Below, one piece after another: positions 19,441 to 29,034 of a stretch of DNA of 64,000 nucleotides; positions within the stretch are counted from its first letter, which is position 1; the number at the start of each line of letters is the position of its first letter. Source of the DNA: Dehalococcoidia bacterium (lineage in GTDB: Bacteria > Chloroflexota > Dehalococcoidia > GIF9 > UBA5629); assembly GCA_050011565.1 (NCBI GenBank), contig JBEKIW010000001.1, forward strand, positions 416,001-480,000, given 5' to 3'. The notes under the pieces were generated by a model. It was not told where the DNA came from. It ran no database searches and saw only the letters and a program-made list of their open reading frames with translations. Both the position numbers and the translations under genes were made by a program.

Positions 19441-19709
19441 ACATATGTTATTTATATTAATCTATGCCTAAAACTAAGGTATGAGTTTCAAATATCTGAT
19501 GCAAAGATGAAATCAAGGTGTTTGTTATTAAACACAAGTTCGGTATCCTTCCAATGGCGGTTGCCGGATTGGATTTGAACCAAAGTCTTTTTTATCGATG
19601 CTATACCCAGTAGAGCCTAAGTTCATCGCTTAGAGTGTGAGAGAATTAGCTGTTGTAAGTCCGGGATAAGTGGTTTCTTATGAAATAACAGTTCTGAATG
19701 TGTAAAGAC

Positions 19710-19783
19710 TGGCTGCCGAGCCAGGATTCGAACCTGGGCTAGAGGATCCAAAGTCCCCTGTGCTACCACTACACAACTCGGCA
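19710..19783 (-). tRNA. tRNA-Gln(TTG)
   Basis: TGCCGAG...GGGGA-CTTTGGA-TCCTC...GGTTCGAATCC...CTCGGCAGCCA cloverleaf. Confidence 0.96.
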
Positions 19784-19793
19784 GTTTTTAGTA

Positions 19794-19881
19794 TGGTGCC
19801 GAAGGTCGGATTCGAACCGACACGAGAGTTGCCCCTCAACAGTTTTTGAGACTGCCGCGTCTACCATTCCGCCACTTCGGC
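19794..19881 (-). tRNA. tRNA-Leu(CAA)
   Basis: GCCGAAG...GCAGT-CTCAAAA-ACTGT, long variable arm, GGTTCGAATCC, CCA end. Confidence 0.96.
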
Positions 19882-19999
19882 TGGTAATGCACACTAGCTG
19901 CGCCGAAATTCTACCATTGTTATTTGGGCTACGCAATAAAGGCTGCAGGTATGTTGCCGTATAGGAGAGACGTTTAGGTAGGCTGAATCGTCCAGGCTG

Positions 20000-20269
20000 C
20001 TATTCGAAGTAGGTGGGTTTTACCTTAGGTTGCCCTTTGCCCCTCTTCCAGGTTTCTGTGTAGACTTTCTGCCGGTCGGCGGTAAGGTCTTTTACTGAGG
20101 CGGAGACGTCAGCCGCCTTATCCTTTACCATGTCCCTTGTTTCTTTTCCGGAGCGAGGCGCAAAAAGAAACCCGAGAGCTGCACCAACGGCTATCCCCAG
20201 GATAAGCCCGATACCGAATCCAGGCCCTGAATTTTTGTCACTCATTTTCCCGTCTGTTTCTTTAGCCAA
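20000..20269 (-). CDS. YtxH-domain protein
   Basis: GxxxGxxxGAALGFLFAPRSGKETR motif. Confidence 0.85.
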   Translation of the reverse strand: MAKETDGKMSDKNSGPGFGIGLILGIAVGAALGFLFAPRSGKETRDMVKDKAADVSASVKDLTADRQKVYTETWKRGKGQPKVKPTYFE

Positions 20270-20425
20270 CAGTCTGCTCCCAAATGCTTAGATATCAACC
20301 CTAATTATATTATATCAGATAATAAAAGACACGTATGCAAAAGGGCTGGATTGCTCTGGAGATTTTTGGTTCGCATATGGTAGAATGAATTAACCTAGTG
20401 TAGCGAGGTATTTTCCCACTCAGAC

Positions 20426-21052
20426 ATGAACGCGGCATTAAGCGTACTTAGCATAATAATTGCCTATCTTCTGGGCTCTATTCCTTTTGCCTACATTATT
20501 GGTAAGCTGAGCGGTCTTGACGTTCGCCAGGTCGGCGACAAAAATGTAGGAACCTTCAATGTGTTCCGTCATGCCGGGATGGGCGCCGGTATAGCTACGC
20601 TGGTAGCTGAAGTGGGGAAAGGGGCGCTGGCTATCGTCGCGGCGAAGCTGTTTTCCGTCAATGAACTGGTGGTGTTCGGTGCCGGTGTGGCGGCTGTTAT
20701 CGGCCATAACTGGCCCGTGTTTTTGCATTTCCGGGGTGGTCGAGGCCTGGCGGTAGTAATAGGTGCTCTACTGGCTTTGTTGCCTATCGAGATGCTAATC
20801 GCTGCCGCCATAAGTCTTTTGGTGCTTTATGCCACGCGAAACACCATCTGGTTCGGGGTAGCCATGTTTATCCCCCTGGTATTGCTTTGCGTGCTTTTCA
20901 AAGAGCGCATATCCTTGATAATCTACTCAGTGGTTCTGCCCTGTTTGGCCGGTCTTGCCCACGTGTGGACAACGCATCGCCTGTCACCTGAAGAGCAAAA
21001 GGAAGCGGTTTCGTTCTGGGTAGCGCGCAAGGCAAGCCACGGGAAAAAGTGA
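20426..21052 (+). CDS. plsY: glycerol-3-phosphate acyltransferase
   Basis: YLLGSIP, NVGTFNVFR, GHNWPVFLHFRGGRG motifs. Confidence 0.88.
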   Translation: MNAALSVLSIIIAYLLGSIPFAYIIGKLSGLDVRQVGDKNVGTFNVFRHAGMGAGIATLVAEVGKGALAIVAAKLFSVNELVVFGAGVAAVIGHNWPVFLHFRGGRGLAVVIGALLALLPIEMLIAAAISLLVLYATRNTIWFGVAMFIPLVLLCVLFKERISLIIYSVVLPCLAGLAHVWTTHRLSPEEQKEAVSFWVARKASHGKK

Positions 21053-21079
21053 GCTCTGACTTATTTATTCGGGATTGAA

Positions 21080-21153
<74 letters not shown>

Positions 21154-21214
21154 GCGCCGACATTTTAGATTTTTCCCCTGTAGGTGTCAAGATAATGGCT
21201 ATCAGGTTTTATAT

Positions 21215-21775
21215 CTAGCCGCCGAGTCTGACCAGAGGTATGCCGGCGGCGCATAGAGGGCATTCGTTTGGGCGATAAGTCACCGTTTGTGAACGGAGAC
21301 AACTGAAAAGAGGCACTCCGAAGTCCTTCGTTTGCTCGGAACGGTCGACAAGCACGCCGATACCGACGATATCTCCCTTCAGCTTTTTGACGGCTTCGAT
21401 GACTTCGATGATAGAGCCGCCGGTAGTTAAAATATCGTCCACGATTAAGACGCGTTCACCCGGATTGATGGTGAAGCCGCGTCGAAAAATCCGCGCCTCA
21501 CCTTCTTTCTCGGCAAAGATGCCCTTTATGCCTAACTGCCTGGCGACTTCGAAAGCCACGATGATGCCGCCTGTGGTCGGTCCGGCAACCACCTGGACTT
21601 TGTCTTTCTTGAAGTGTTTGGCAATAAGCCGGCATAGCCTTTCAGTGTAATGCGGGTATTGTAAAACCTGGAACTTTTCCCAGTATACCGGTGAGTGTAG
21701 TCCTGAAGTCAGCAGAAAATGCCCTTCCAATATGGCGCCGGCATCTCTGAAGATTTGTATTATCTCGTCGGACAT
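21215..21775 (-). CDS. pyrE: orotate phosphoribosyltransferase
   Basis: Start MSDEIIQ; GHFLLTSGLHS, VLIVDDILTTGGS PRPP motif. Confidence 0.93.
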   Translation of the reverse strand: MSDEIIQIFRDAGAILEGHFLLTSGLHSPVYWEKFQVLQYPHYTERLCRLIAKHFKKDKVQVVAGPTTGGIIVAFEVARQLGIKGIFAEKEGEARIFRRGFTINPGERVLIVDDILTTGGSIIEVIEAVKKLKGDIVGIGVLVDRSEQTKDFGVPLFSCLRSQTVTYRPNECPLCAAGIPLVRLGG

Positions 21776-22341
21776 AGCGTTTTCAGCGCCAGAGTGAGTA
21801 TGTTGAGGTCGGCTGTTTGCGTACCTACATTGACTGCATAGCTCGGTATTCGCCTCCATTTATATGGTGGCCAATAGGTAATCCAGGCTTTACCAACTAT
21901 GTTTTGGCGAGGTACGGTCCAGCCCCGGTGTGAATCGGAGCTGTTGTTGCGGTTGTCACCGAGTACAAAATAGTGACCTGCGGGGATTTCCTCAGGCATC
22001 ATGAGGTAGTGAGGCGGCTCGAGAGTATAAGGTTCGGCCAAAGTAGTGCCGTTTACGGTAACTTTATCGTCCCTGATTTCAACGGTATCGCCTGGTAAAC
22101 CGATGATTCGCTTGATGAGGTCTGACCTGGGGTCCTGCGGAGAGTCGAAGACAATTATGTCACCGCGGTGCGGCTCGCCGAAGAAATAGGCAGCTTTGCT
22201 GACCATGATATATTCGCCCTCTTCGATAGTGGGCAACATCGATGAGCCATATACTTTGAAGCTTCCGACGGTGACATGAAACAGGGCGAAGACAGCGATC
22301 CCAAGTAGTACCGGGGCAATGATATCACGGAAAATTTTCAT
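21760..22341 (-). CDS. lepB: signal peptidase I
   Basis: GSSMLPT (Ser), LIKRIIGLPGD (Lys), GDNRNNSSDS. Confidence 0.95.
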   Translation of the reverse strand: MKIFRDIIAPVLLGIAVFALFHVTVGSFKVYGSSMLPTIEEGEYIMVSKAAYFFGEPHRGDIIVFDSPQDPRSDLIKRIIGLPGDTVEIRDDKVTVNGTTLAEPYTLEPPHYLMMPEEIPAGHYFVLGDNRNNSSDSHRGWTVPRQNIVGKAWITYWPPYKWRRIPSYAVNVGTQTADLNILTLALKTLCPTR

Positions 22342-22507
22342 AGATTCTTGCGGTTAAACTGGTGGTATTATAATCTATTCGTAGCTTTTCTGCCATTTTA
22401 GCTAAACCTGAAATCAGGTTTAGCGTTATATGTAGTGGTAACCAACACTACATGCTATTATAATAGAAGAGGCGGAAAACACAGCTAAGGAATTTCAGGA
22501 GGTTTTA

Positions 22508-23293
22508 ATGAAGAAGCGTTGGTTAATTTTATCAGTTGTCATGTTGGCGGTGATTTTGATTGGTGCGGGAGGCTGCGTATACGGCGAAGGCGCCCAGGTT
22601 TCACCACCCTCAATCGCGGGCTATGTAGGCGCACCGGTAATAGCTTCCAGCCAGCAGCAAGTTGGCTTGTGGGTAAGCGGTGAAGGTAAGTCGAAGGCAG
22701 CGCCCGATTTAGTGCTGCTCAGCCTTGGTATTGAAGCTGAATCCAAAACCGTGGCACGGGCACAGCAGGACGCAGCCCAGGCTATGGATGCGATTATGAA
22801 GGCACTTAAGGCTAGCGGGGTGGCTGACAAGGACATTCAAACGCAGAGATTTAGCATCTATCCGGTGCGGCAATGGATTGAGGACCAGCAGAGGGAGATA
22901 ACCACCGGCTATCGAGTGACCAATGTGGTAATTGCTAAAATAAGGCAAGTAGATAAAGCCGGACCTGTTATCGATGCTGTTGCTGAAGCCGGCGGTAATT
23001 TGACACGGATTGATAATATCGGTTTCACTATCGATGACCCGACGCCTAACTACAATGAGGCGCGAGCCAAGGCGGTAGAGGATGCTATGGACAAGGCGAA
23101 ACAGATGGCCGGCTCAGCCGGTATTAAGCTGGGAAAGCTGATATATATGTCTGAAAGCACTCCGTATGTACCGCAGGTGGCAATCAGAGACTATGCCATG
23201 AAGGCTGAAGCCGCCGCTCCAGCGCCCACTCCAATCAGTCCCGGCGAGCTGGAGATTCAAGTCAGCGTGCAGATGGTTTATGAGATTCAGTAG
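22508..23293 (+). CDS. SIMPL/DUF541 family exported protein
   Basis: Signal/lipobox; VSGEG...APD, AR.KAV.DA..KA, PISPGE motifs. Confidence 0.88.
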   Translation: MKKRWLILSVVMLAVILIGAGGCVYGEGAQVSPPSIAGYVGAPVIASSQQQVGLWVSGEGKSKAAPDLVLLSLGIEAESKTVARAQQDAAQAMDAIMKALKASGVADKDIQTQRFSIYPVRQWIEDQQREITTGYRVTNVVIAKIRQVDKAGPVIDAVAEAGGNLTRIDNIGFTIDDPTPNYNEARAKAVEDAMDKAKQMAGSAGIKLGKLIYMSESTPYVPQVAIRDYAMKAEAAAPAPTPISPGELEIQVSVQMVYEIQ

Positions 23294-23443
23294 CAGGTTA
23301 ATAAGCAGTTAGCATTGATTGGCGCGGAGAGTGCTTTATAAATTGAGATCGTTTGCAGTTCGAATGGACTTGACACAGCAGTTTAGGGGGCATATTATAG
23401 CGATAATAGGGTTCATAATAAACAATGAGCCGGAGGTTGTGTT

Positions 23444-23767
23444 ATGAAAGATGAGACTTGGGCACCGAGGCCTTATGCTAACGAGGAATTCCTCTCTTTC
23501 GATCGCCTGAAGCGGGCAGTTACCAGCCGCGTTCTAGATCGAGCTGAGCGTGTGATGGGTGAAGAATTCCCATTGAGTCCGGAGCGCATAGGTGAACTGA
23601 CCAGTGAGGAATGGCAGCGAGCTAAGGAAGCACTACAAAGTTCTCCCGGCGCTCGTGAAGCGTTCCGCAAATATCTAGAGGGCACGGTTGGCGGCAAGGT
23701 AGACAACCTGATAAAGGCTGATAAGGACTATCTGTCCGCTATGGGAGTGGCTGAGAAGAGCTTGTGA
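23444..23767 (+). CDS. hypothetical protein
   Basis: GGAGG RBS, TTGACA promoter upstream, hairpin downstream. Confidence 0.7.
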   Translation: MKDETWAPRPYANEEFLSFDRLKRAVTSRVLDRAERVMGEEFPLSPERIGELTSEEWQRAKEALQSSPGAREAFRKYLEGTVGGKVDNLIKADKDYLSAMGVAEKSL

Positions 23768-23797
23768 GGGGCATGGCAAGCAAGCTGACTTTATATC

Positions 23798-23835
23798 GAG
23801 GAGAGGATTTCCAAGAACCTCTCCTCTTTTGTTTT
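23798..23835 (+). terminator. intrinsic terminator
   Basis: GAGGAGAGG...CCTCTCCTC followed by T-rich tract. Confidence 0.65.
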
Positions 23836-23851
23836 CATATTGGAGGATAGG

Positions 23852-24076
23852 ATGCCTGAAAAGACTGAAAAGAAAAGCACAGCTGTGGACCTGGAGCATA
23901 CAAAAAAACGCCTGGAGATGTTAGATAAGCGGCTGGATAACATCGATTCCGTGGTTACAGCTTTGGTGGAGAGGGTAATGAGGCAGCCGGTTACTATTGA
24001 GGTCACCTGTCCTAAGTGCGGTAGTGTTGTCCAGATTATGCTCACCAGCAACACAAAGACCACCGGCAAGGGTTAA
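23852..24076 (+). CDS. small coiled-coil protein with CPKC motif
   Basis: GGAGGA RBS before MPEKTEKK; heptad-like helix then TCPKCG. Confidence 0.65.
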   Translation: MPEKTEKKSTAVDLEHTKKRLEMLDKRLDNIDSVVTALVERVMRQPVTIEVTCPKCGSVVQIMLTSNTKTTGKG

Positions 24077-24138
24077 TCTATTTTACATTCGGAATCGTGC
24101 CGGGTAGACTTCGTATCGGTTCTTCCGTTAAAAGTTAG

Positions 24139-25476
24139 CTACAGAATCGGCAGGTAATTCTTCAGTTCGTAATCAGTTACGTATGTCCGGTATCTATCCC
24201 ATTCCACCTTTTTATTCTGGATGAAGCTATTTAAGGCGTGTTCACCTAGAGCTTTCCTGACCAGTTGGCTCTTTTCGGTGAGCTGTATAGCTTCGTATAA
24301 ACTGCCGGGCAACGTTTTTATCTTCTTTTTGTCGCGGTCTTCCTCGCTGAGTTCAAAGACGTTCTCCTCGGTAGGCGGCCCCAGCTTGTATCCCTTCTCA
24401 ACTCCTTCCAGCCCGGCAGCCAGCATGGCGCTGAAGGCAAGATATGGATTACATGCCGGGTCCGGAGACCTGAGTTCTATCCTGGTGGCGGTTTCTCTTC
24501 CCGGCTTATATTCAGGAATCCTGATTAAATCGGCCCGGTTTCTTTTAGCCCAGGTGATGTAACAGGGGGCTTCATAGCCGGGGACGATTCGCTTGTAGGA
24601 GTTTATCCACTGGTTGCAGATTGAGGTGATTTCCGGGATATGTTTCAGCAAGCCGGCGGTGAAACCCCTGCCTGTTTCCGACAGGTAGTAGGGAGCATCC
24701 TTGTCAAAAAAGGCATTACGGTTGCCTTTGAACAAGGACATGTGAACGTGCATGCCGCTGCCATTACAGCCGATTACCGGTTTAGGCATAAAGGTAGCAT
24801 AAACACCTTGTCGTTGGGCTACCTGTTTTACTACTAAGCGATAGGTCATCACATTGTCGGCCATAGTCAAGGCGTCGGTGTATCGGAGGTCTATTTCATG
24901 CTGGCTGGGCGCAACTTCATGGTGGCTGTACTCGACATCGATGCCCATTTCTTCGAGGAAGAGAATCGTTTCTCTACGTATGTCTGAGGCTATCTCCGGG
25001 GGTGTCAGGTCAAAATAGCCGCCCAGGTCCAAAAATTCTGTACTCTCGGAATTCTTGAAGTAGAAATATTCCAGCTCCGGCCCAACATAGAAGGTGTAGC
25101 CCAGGTCAGCAGCCCGTTTCAGGTTTTTCTTCAATATATAGCGGGGGTCGCCTTCAAAAGGTTGTCCGCCGGGCCAGTATATATCGCAGAACATCCTGAC
25201 CACACCCTGCTCTTTGGGTCGCCAGGGTATCACCTGGTAAGTATTGGGGTCGGGCAGCGCAATCATATCGCTTTCGTCAATGCGGGCAAAGCCCTGAATC
25301 GAAGAGCCGTCGAAGCCCATACCGTCTGTTAATGCCTCTTCGAGTTGCTCGGCGGTGATGGAAAAACTTTTCAGAAAGCCCAGAATATCGGTGAACCATA
25401 GACGGATAAACTTAATTTTTTGCTCTTTAGTCCTTTTAAGGACATATTCCTTGGCCTCGTCTTCCTTTTTACCCAT
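24139..25476 (-). CDS. glnA: glutamine synthetase type I
   Basis: FDGSSIQGF, HHEVAPSQHE, ATFMPKP...NGSGMH, RIELRSPD, NPYLA. Confidence 0.97.
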   Translation of the reverse strand: MGKKEDEAKEYVLKRTKEQKIKFIRLWFTDILGFLKSFSITAEQLEEALTDGMGFDGSSIQGFARIDESDMIALPDPNTYQVIPWRPKEQGVVRMFCDIYWPGGQPFEGDPRYILKKNLKRAADLGYTFYVGPELEYFYFKNSESTEFLDLGGYFDLTPPEIASDIRRETILFLEEMGIDVEYSHHEVAPSQHEIDLRYTDALTMADNVMTYRLVVKQVAQRQGVYATFMPKPVIGCNGSGMHVHMSLFKGNRNAFFDKDAPYYLSETGRGFTAGLLKHIPEITSICNQWINSYKRIVPGYEAPCYITWAKRNRADLIRIPEYKPGRETATRIELRSPDPACNPYLAFSAMLAAGLEGVEKGYKLGPPTEENVFELSEEDRDKKKIKTLPGSLYEAIQLTEKSQLVRKALGEHALNSFIQNKKVEWDRYRTYVTDYELKNYLPIL

Positions 25477-25575
25477 TTATATTTCCCTCCAATCAAATAG
25501 TTCCAGATTATCTTTATTATTTCTGCTTTGTGAAAGTATAGATGAGACCAGCTCTTTATTCAAGATGGATGAGGC

Positions 25576-25604
25576 TTGACTGCATATAAAAGCGTTGATA
25601 AAAT
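25576..25604 (+). promoter_or_regulatory. promoter of tRNA-Val (may read through into integrase)
   Basis: TTGACT-17 nt-TAAAAT. Confidence 0.65.
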
Positions 25605-25616
25605 GCGAGCAGTGGA

Positions 25617-25692
25617 GGGCGGTTAGCTCAGTGGTTAGAGCGCTGCGTTGACATCGCAGAGGTCACCGGTTCAAGTCCAGTACCGCCCACCA
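25617..25692 (+). tRNA. tRNA-Val(GAC)
   Basis: GGGCGGTTAGCTCAG...CTGCG-TTGACAT-CGCAG...GGTTCAAGTCC...ACCGCCCACCA. Confidence 0.96.
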
Positions 25693-25774
25693 TGTACGCA
25701 GTTTACATAAAGTTGATCCGCACCTCATCGAGCTGGTAGAATTACTTTTAGGCCCTGAAGGGCGGAGGCGGCTG

Positions 25775-27046
25775 ATGCTGAAACAGATGGGTAACGACGA
25801 GCTCTTCCAGCTCTACGACAAAGATCTCATTCTACGGCTGCGCAATGCCAAGAATCTCAGCGATACCAAGAAAATTCTGGTATTGTTCAAAGACCATCTC
25901 GGCGACTACCCGCCATCGGCAGAGCTGGCAAAGTCATTTATTTACCGGTACCTCGATAGGAAGCCACGGACGCTGTACCGTTATGCGCAGATGGTACGGA
26001 TGTTTATGAAATGGTATGGGGAACCGATAACTGATTTCAAAGTGAGGGTACCCAAGTCGCTGCCGCCCTATACCGACAACAGCGACATCGACAGGCTGTT
26101 CCAGGCCATCGAAAGCAAGGTGACGCACAAGAAGCTCATCACCAGAGACAGGCTCCTGGTTGAACTGGCGCTAAAAAGCGGCATGCGTCGCGGTGAGCTG
26201 GCCAGTCTGGAGGTCAGGGATATCCACGGTGACTTTCTGGTGGTGCGAAGGGGCAAATATGAGAAGGACAGGGCTATCCCGTTACCACCTGACCTGACGG
26301 CGCGATTGGGTAGCTACATTAAGGGCAAGGAGCCTGCCGAGAAAGTATTTAATCTTAAAGGCCCTTCTATCACCATGAAAATAAAGAAATTTGCCAGGAA
26401 AGCCGGACTCGCTGATCTGCATGCCCATGCCTTGCGGCACAAATTTGCCACCGATCTGCTGGAACACGGCGCTGATATCAGGTCTGTGCAAGAGCTGCTG
26501 GGCCATGAGAATCTATCCACGACGCAGGTGTATTTGGCGGTTACAGACAAGCGGTTAAGGGAGGCGGTAAACCTGCTGGAAGGGGGCAGGAGCCCGAAGA
26601 AGGTCGAGTTGCCGGAGGAACCTGTAGACAGGCCAATAGTCACCGTTAAGGCAGTTTACAAATCAGCTGAGACGGTCTCCACGGTATTGCCGGCGCCAAC
26701 TTACCTCTCGCATTTTGTGGTATCAAACGAGGGTAAGACTCCGGCCATCGAACTTGAGGTAGGGCTGCTCGACAGTCACAGGAATTCGCTAGAGGGTCGC
26801 CGCGAGACCGTCCTGATGGTTGGTGAGAAGATAGAGTGGACGCCGACCTGGGATAAGCCAGACGGTCAGTACTACGTCGTCTGCCAGTACAGAACGGCCA
26901 CCGCAAATAAGCAATCTGAACAATGGAACCAGACATGGTTGCCGTTTGAATTGATACAGGCTGGCACGCCCGGTGACGTCTTCGTGGTGCAAGGACATCT
27001 GAATTTCCAGGCCAATATCGAACAAAATGAGAAAATTATTGTTTAG
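25775..27046 (+). CDS. tyrosine recombinase/integrase (XerC/D-like) with ~150-aa C-terminal extension
   Basis: SGMRRGE (R), RRGK (K), HALRH, LLGH, TTQVY catalytic residues. Confidence 0.93.
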   Translation: MLKQMGNDELFQLYDKDLILRLRNAKNLSDTKKILVLFKDHLGDYPPSAELAKSFIYRYLDRKPRTLYRYAQMVRMFMKWYGEPITDFKVRVPKSLPPYTDNSDIDRLFQAIESKVTHKKLITRDRLLVELALKSGMRRGELASLEVRDIHGDFLVVRRGKYEKDRAIPLPPDLTARLGSYIKGKEPAEKVFNLKGPSITMKIKKFARKAGLADLHAHALRHKFATDLLEHGADIRSVQELLGHENLSTTQVYLAVTDKRLREAVNLLEGGRSPKKVELPEEPVDRPIVTVKAVYKSAETVSTVLPAPTYLSHFVVSNEGKTPAIELEVGLLDSHRNSLEGRRETVLMVGEKIEWTPTWDKPDGQYYVVCQYRTATANKQSEQWNQTWLPFELIQAGTPGDVFVVQGHLNFQANIEQNEKIIV

Positions 27047-27410
27047 GGGGACATAGGTATTTGTCGCCCCATGCTAAGTCATGCCTAACCTCATGGTTGC
27101 TCATTAATTTGCCGCATTTAGGGCAATAATTGCCGCTGGCTACGGGCTTAATCATCCTCTTTTCATTTTCCAGCTCGAACTCTGTAATAGCTAGCGTACG
27201 TTCCAATGCAGGTATGCGAGTTCGGCATTGACTTAGTTCCTTTTCAAGCCCCACAATTTTTGCTTCTAACCCTACAATTCTTGCTTCTAACTCATGGCGC
27301 AAGCCTATGCGCTTATGATGTTTCAGCCAAACGTGTCCGGCTAGCGCCTTGCCCGCATTGGAGCCCTGATATACCTTGCCACAAATATCACAAGTTTTCG
27401 TTCTTTCCAT
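27036..27410 (-). CDS. C2H2 zinc finger-coiled coil-zinc ribbon protein
   Basis: CDIC-x15-H-x4-H, leucine heptads, CPKC...H...C. Confidence 0.7.
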   Translation of the reverse strand: MERTKTCDICGKVYQGSNAGKALAGHVWLKHHKRIGLRHELEARIVGLEAKIVGLEKELSQCRTRIPALERTLAITEFELENEKRMIKPVASGNYCPKCGKLMSNHEVRHDLAWGDKYLCPPKQ

Positions 27411-27667
27411 CCTACATAATCTAACATAGTTGCAATATCAATGCAAGTTTATGCTTACATCCAGAATACAAAGCTCTGAGTTCCTGTCGTAGGCATCAGT
27501 TGGCCCACAGTTGGACCTGGGGTATCAATAGGTAGAACTTTCAGCTTAAACTTCAGAATTACTAACTAGATAAATTGAACAAACCAGGCTAATGTTCAAA
27601 GCACAATGATTGACACTTAGCTTGAATGTATTATATCCTACACTCAAATACAAAAGGGAGGTGTTTA

Positions 27668-27808
27668 ATGCAAGCATACTGTATGAAATGTAAGACAAAG
27701 AGGGAAATGAATAATCCCAAAGCCGTTAAGATGAAGAATGGTAAGCCGGCAACACAAGGTACCTGCCCAAAATGCGGAACTAAGATGTTCAGGATTGGCA
27801 AGAGTTAA
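27668..27808 (+). CDS. DUF5679-like small Cys-rich protein
   Basis: MQAYCMKCK...GTCPKCGTKMFRIG; GGGAGG RBS. Confidence 0.85.
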   Translation: MQAYCMKCKTKREMNNPKAVKMKNGKPATQGTCPKCGTKMFRIGKS

Positions 27809-27831
27809 GTCAGTTCATTCTGAGATCAGAC

Positions 27832-27869
27832 AGAGCTGGGTGTTTGGCTTACAAATGCCCAGCTTTTTT
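27832..27869 (+). terminator. intrinsic terminator
   Basis: AGCTGGGTGTTTG...CAAATGCCCAGCT followed by T-tract. Confidence 0.7.
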
Positions 27870-27890
27870 GTTAAAACTGTCCAATCTGGA

Positions 27891-28649
27891 CTAATGTTCA
27901 ACCACACTTATTCTTTTCTTAACCTTGGCCCATGAATCGGTAATGAGAAAACTCTCTCTCATATTCTCAATCATCCTAATAAACTTATTCATCGGTACCG
28001 AAAACGTTAGTACGTTCTTCGGAACAAAAGGACGTGCTGAGATATCGAACATGCCGATGATGCCTTTGGGACGCATGGACTCAATTTGAAGATAAGGGTA
28101 ATAGACAATTGTAGAACAGCCAGAGCCAAATGGAGCCATTACACCGCTTGGATCGGCTTCATCAAAACTTGCAAGCGTAAAAAGGCCAGCAAGGACGTCG
28201 GGTTCCGCGAAAGAGATGACCACCTGCGGGTCGTCCGACGTTTCGAGCATATCCCATCGCTTGAAAACGATATAACGGGCGGTCGCTTTGGAAGCGGGTG
28301 AATACTGCATCGACTCTTTAACCAGCTCCGGCGATTTCTTATAGCGTTCCCCTTCCATCTTGCCGGGGATTCCGCAGGAAAGAAAATACTCAAAGTCGGG
28401 CCTGATATTTTCTTCGAACCCCAGGTACCTTTTCCCTCCGAAACAGCCCACTGAATCCGCGCCGAAGCACAGAGAGGTCCCCTTCCTGACTTTCAATAAT
28501 GCCGCAATTACGCACCTATGCACCGAACCGGGCTTAACCAGGTCGGCATGGCCTTCCTCGTCGGTGTAATAGAAGGTGATGGGTAGCTCCGCACCGTTGA
28601 AGTACTTTTTCCAGAGCATTGTGAATTTTTCTTTATAACTTGTTTCCAT
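27891..28649 (-). CDS. DUF169 family protein
   Basis: Start METSYK; GCFGGKRYLGF, EGERYKKSPE, PFGSGC, GMFDISAR. Confidence 0.8.
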   Translation of the reverse strand: METSYKEKFTMLWKKYFNGAELPITFYYTDEEGHADLVKPGSVHRCVIAALLKVRKGTSLCFGADSVGCFGGKRYLGFEENIRPDFEYFLSCGIPGKMEGERYKKSPELVKESMQYSPASKATARYIVFKRWDMLETSDDPQVVISFAEPDVLAGLFTLASFDEADPSGVMAPFGSGCSTIVYYPYLQIESMRPKGIIGMFDISARPFVPKNVLTFSVPMNKFIRMIENMRESFLITDSWAKVKKRISVVEH

Positions 28650-28734
28650 GTAGATTCTCCTTCGATGATTACAGACTACATACCAACACAATATACATTA
28701 TATGGGCAGTCGCTGCACCATGCGTCCTATCGTT

Positions 28735-29034
28735 TTATTTCCCTTGGGTATTGCGAGTGCCCTTTGGGACATAGTCGAAGAACCTCTCAGTGGCATCACC
28801 CGAGGTCCATTCTGCTCGAATCCTCGTTCGCTTCTCCGCTCTGCGCAACTCGGACAGAATCATACGGTTGAGAACTCTCGCACTTTCTCCTTCAAGGTCT
28901 GCCTCGACTTCGAATCCTTGATCTGTTTGTCTTATGGTTCCCTTATTAGCGATGATTCGTTCAAGGGCTGCTTTGATAACAGCCAAGTTATCGCTGCTCA
29001 CATTTGCTCGCAATCTGAACTTCCTCTGCGCCAT
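28735..29034 (-). CDS. hypothetical protein
   Basis: GGGGC RBS; conserved-looking LNR..LSELRR.EKRTRIRAEW...ERFFDYVPK. Confidence 0.65.
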   Translation of the reverse strand: MAQRKFRLRANVSSDNLAVIKAALERIIANKGTIRQTDQGFEVEADLEGESARVLNRMILSELRRAEKRTRIRAEWTSGDATERFFDYVPKGTRNTQGK

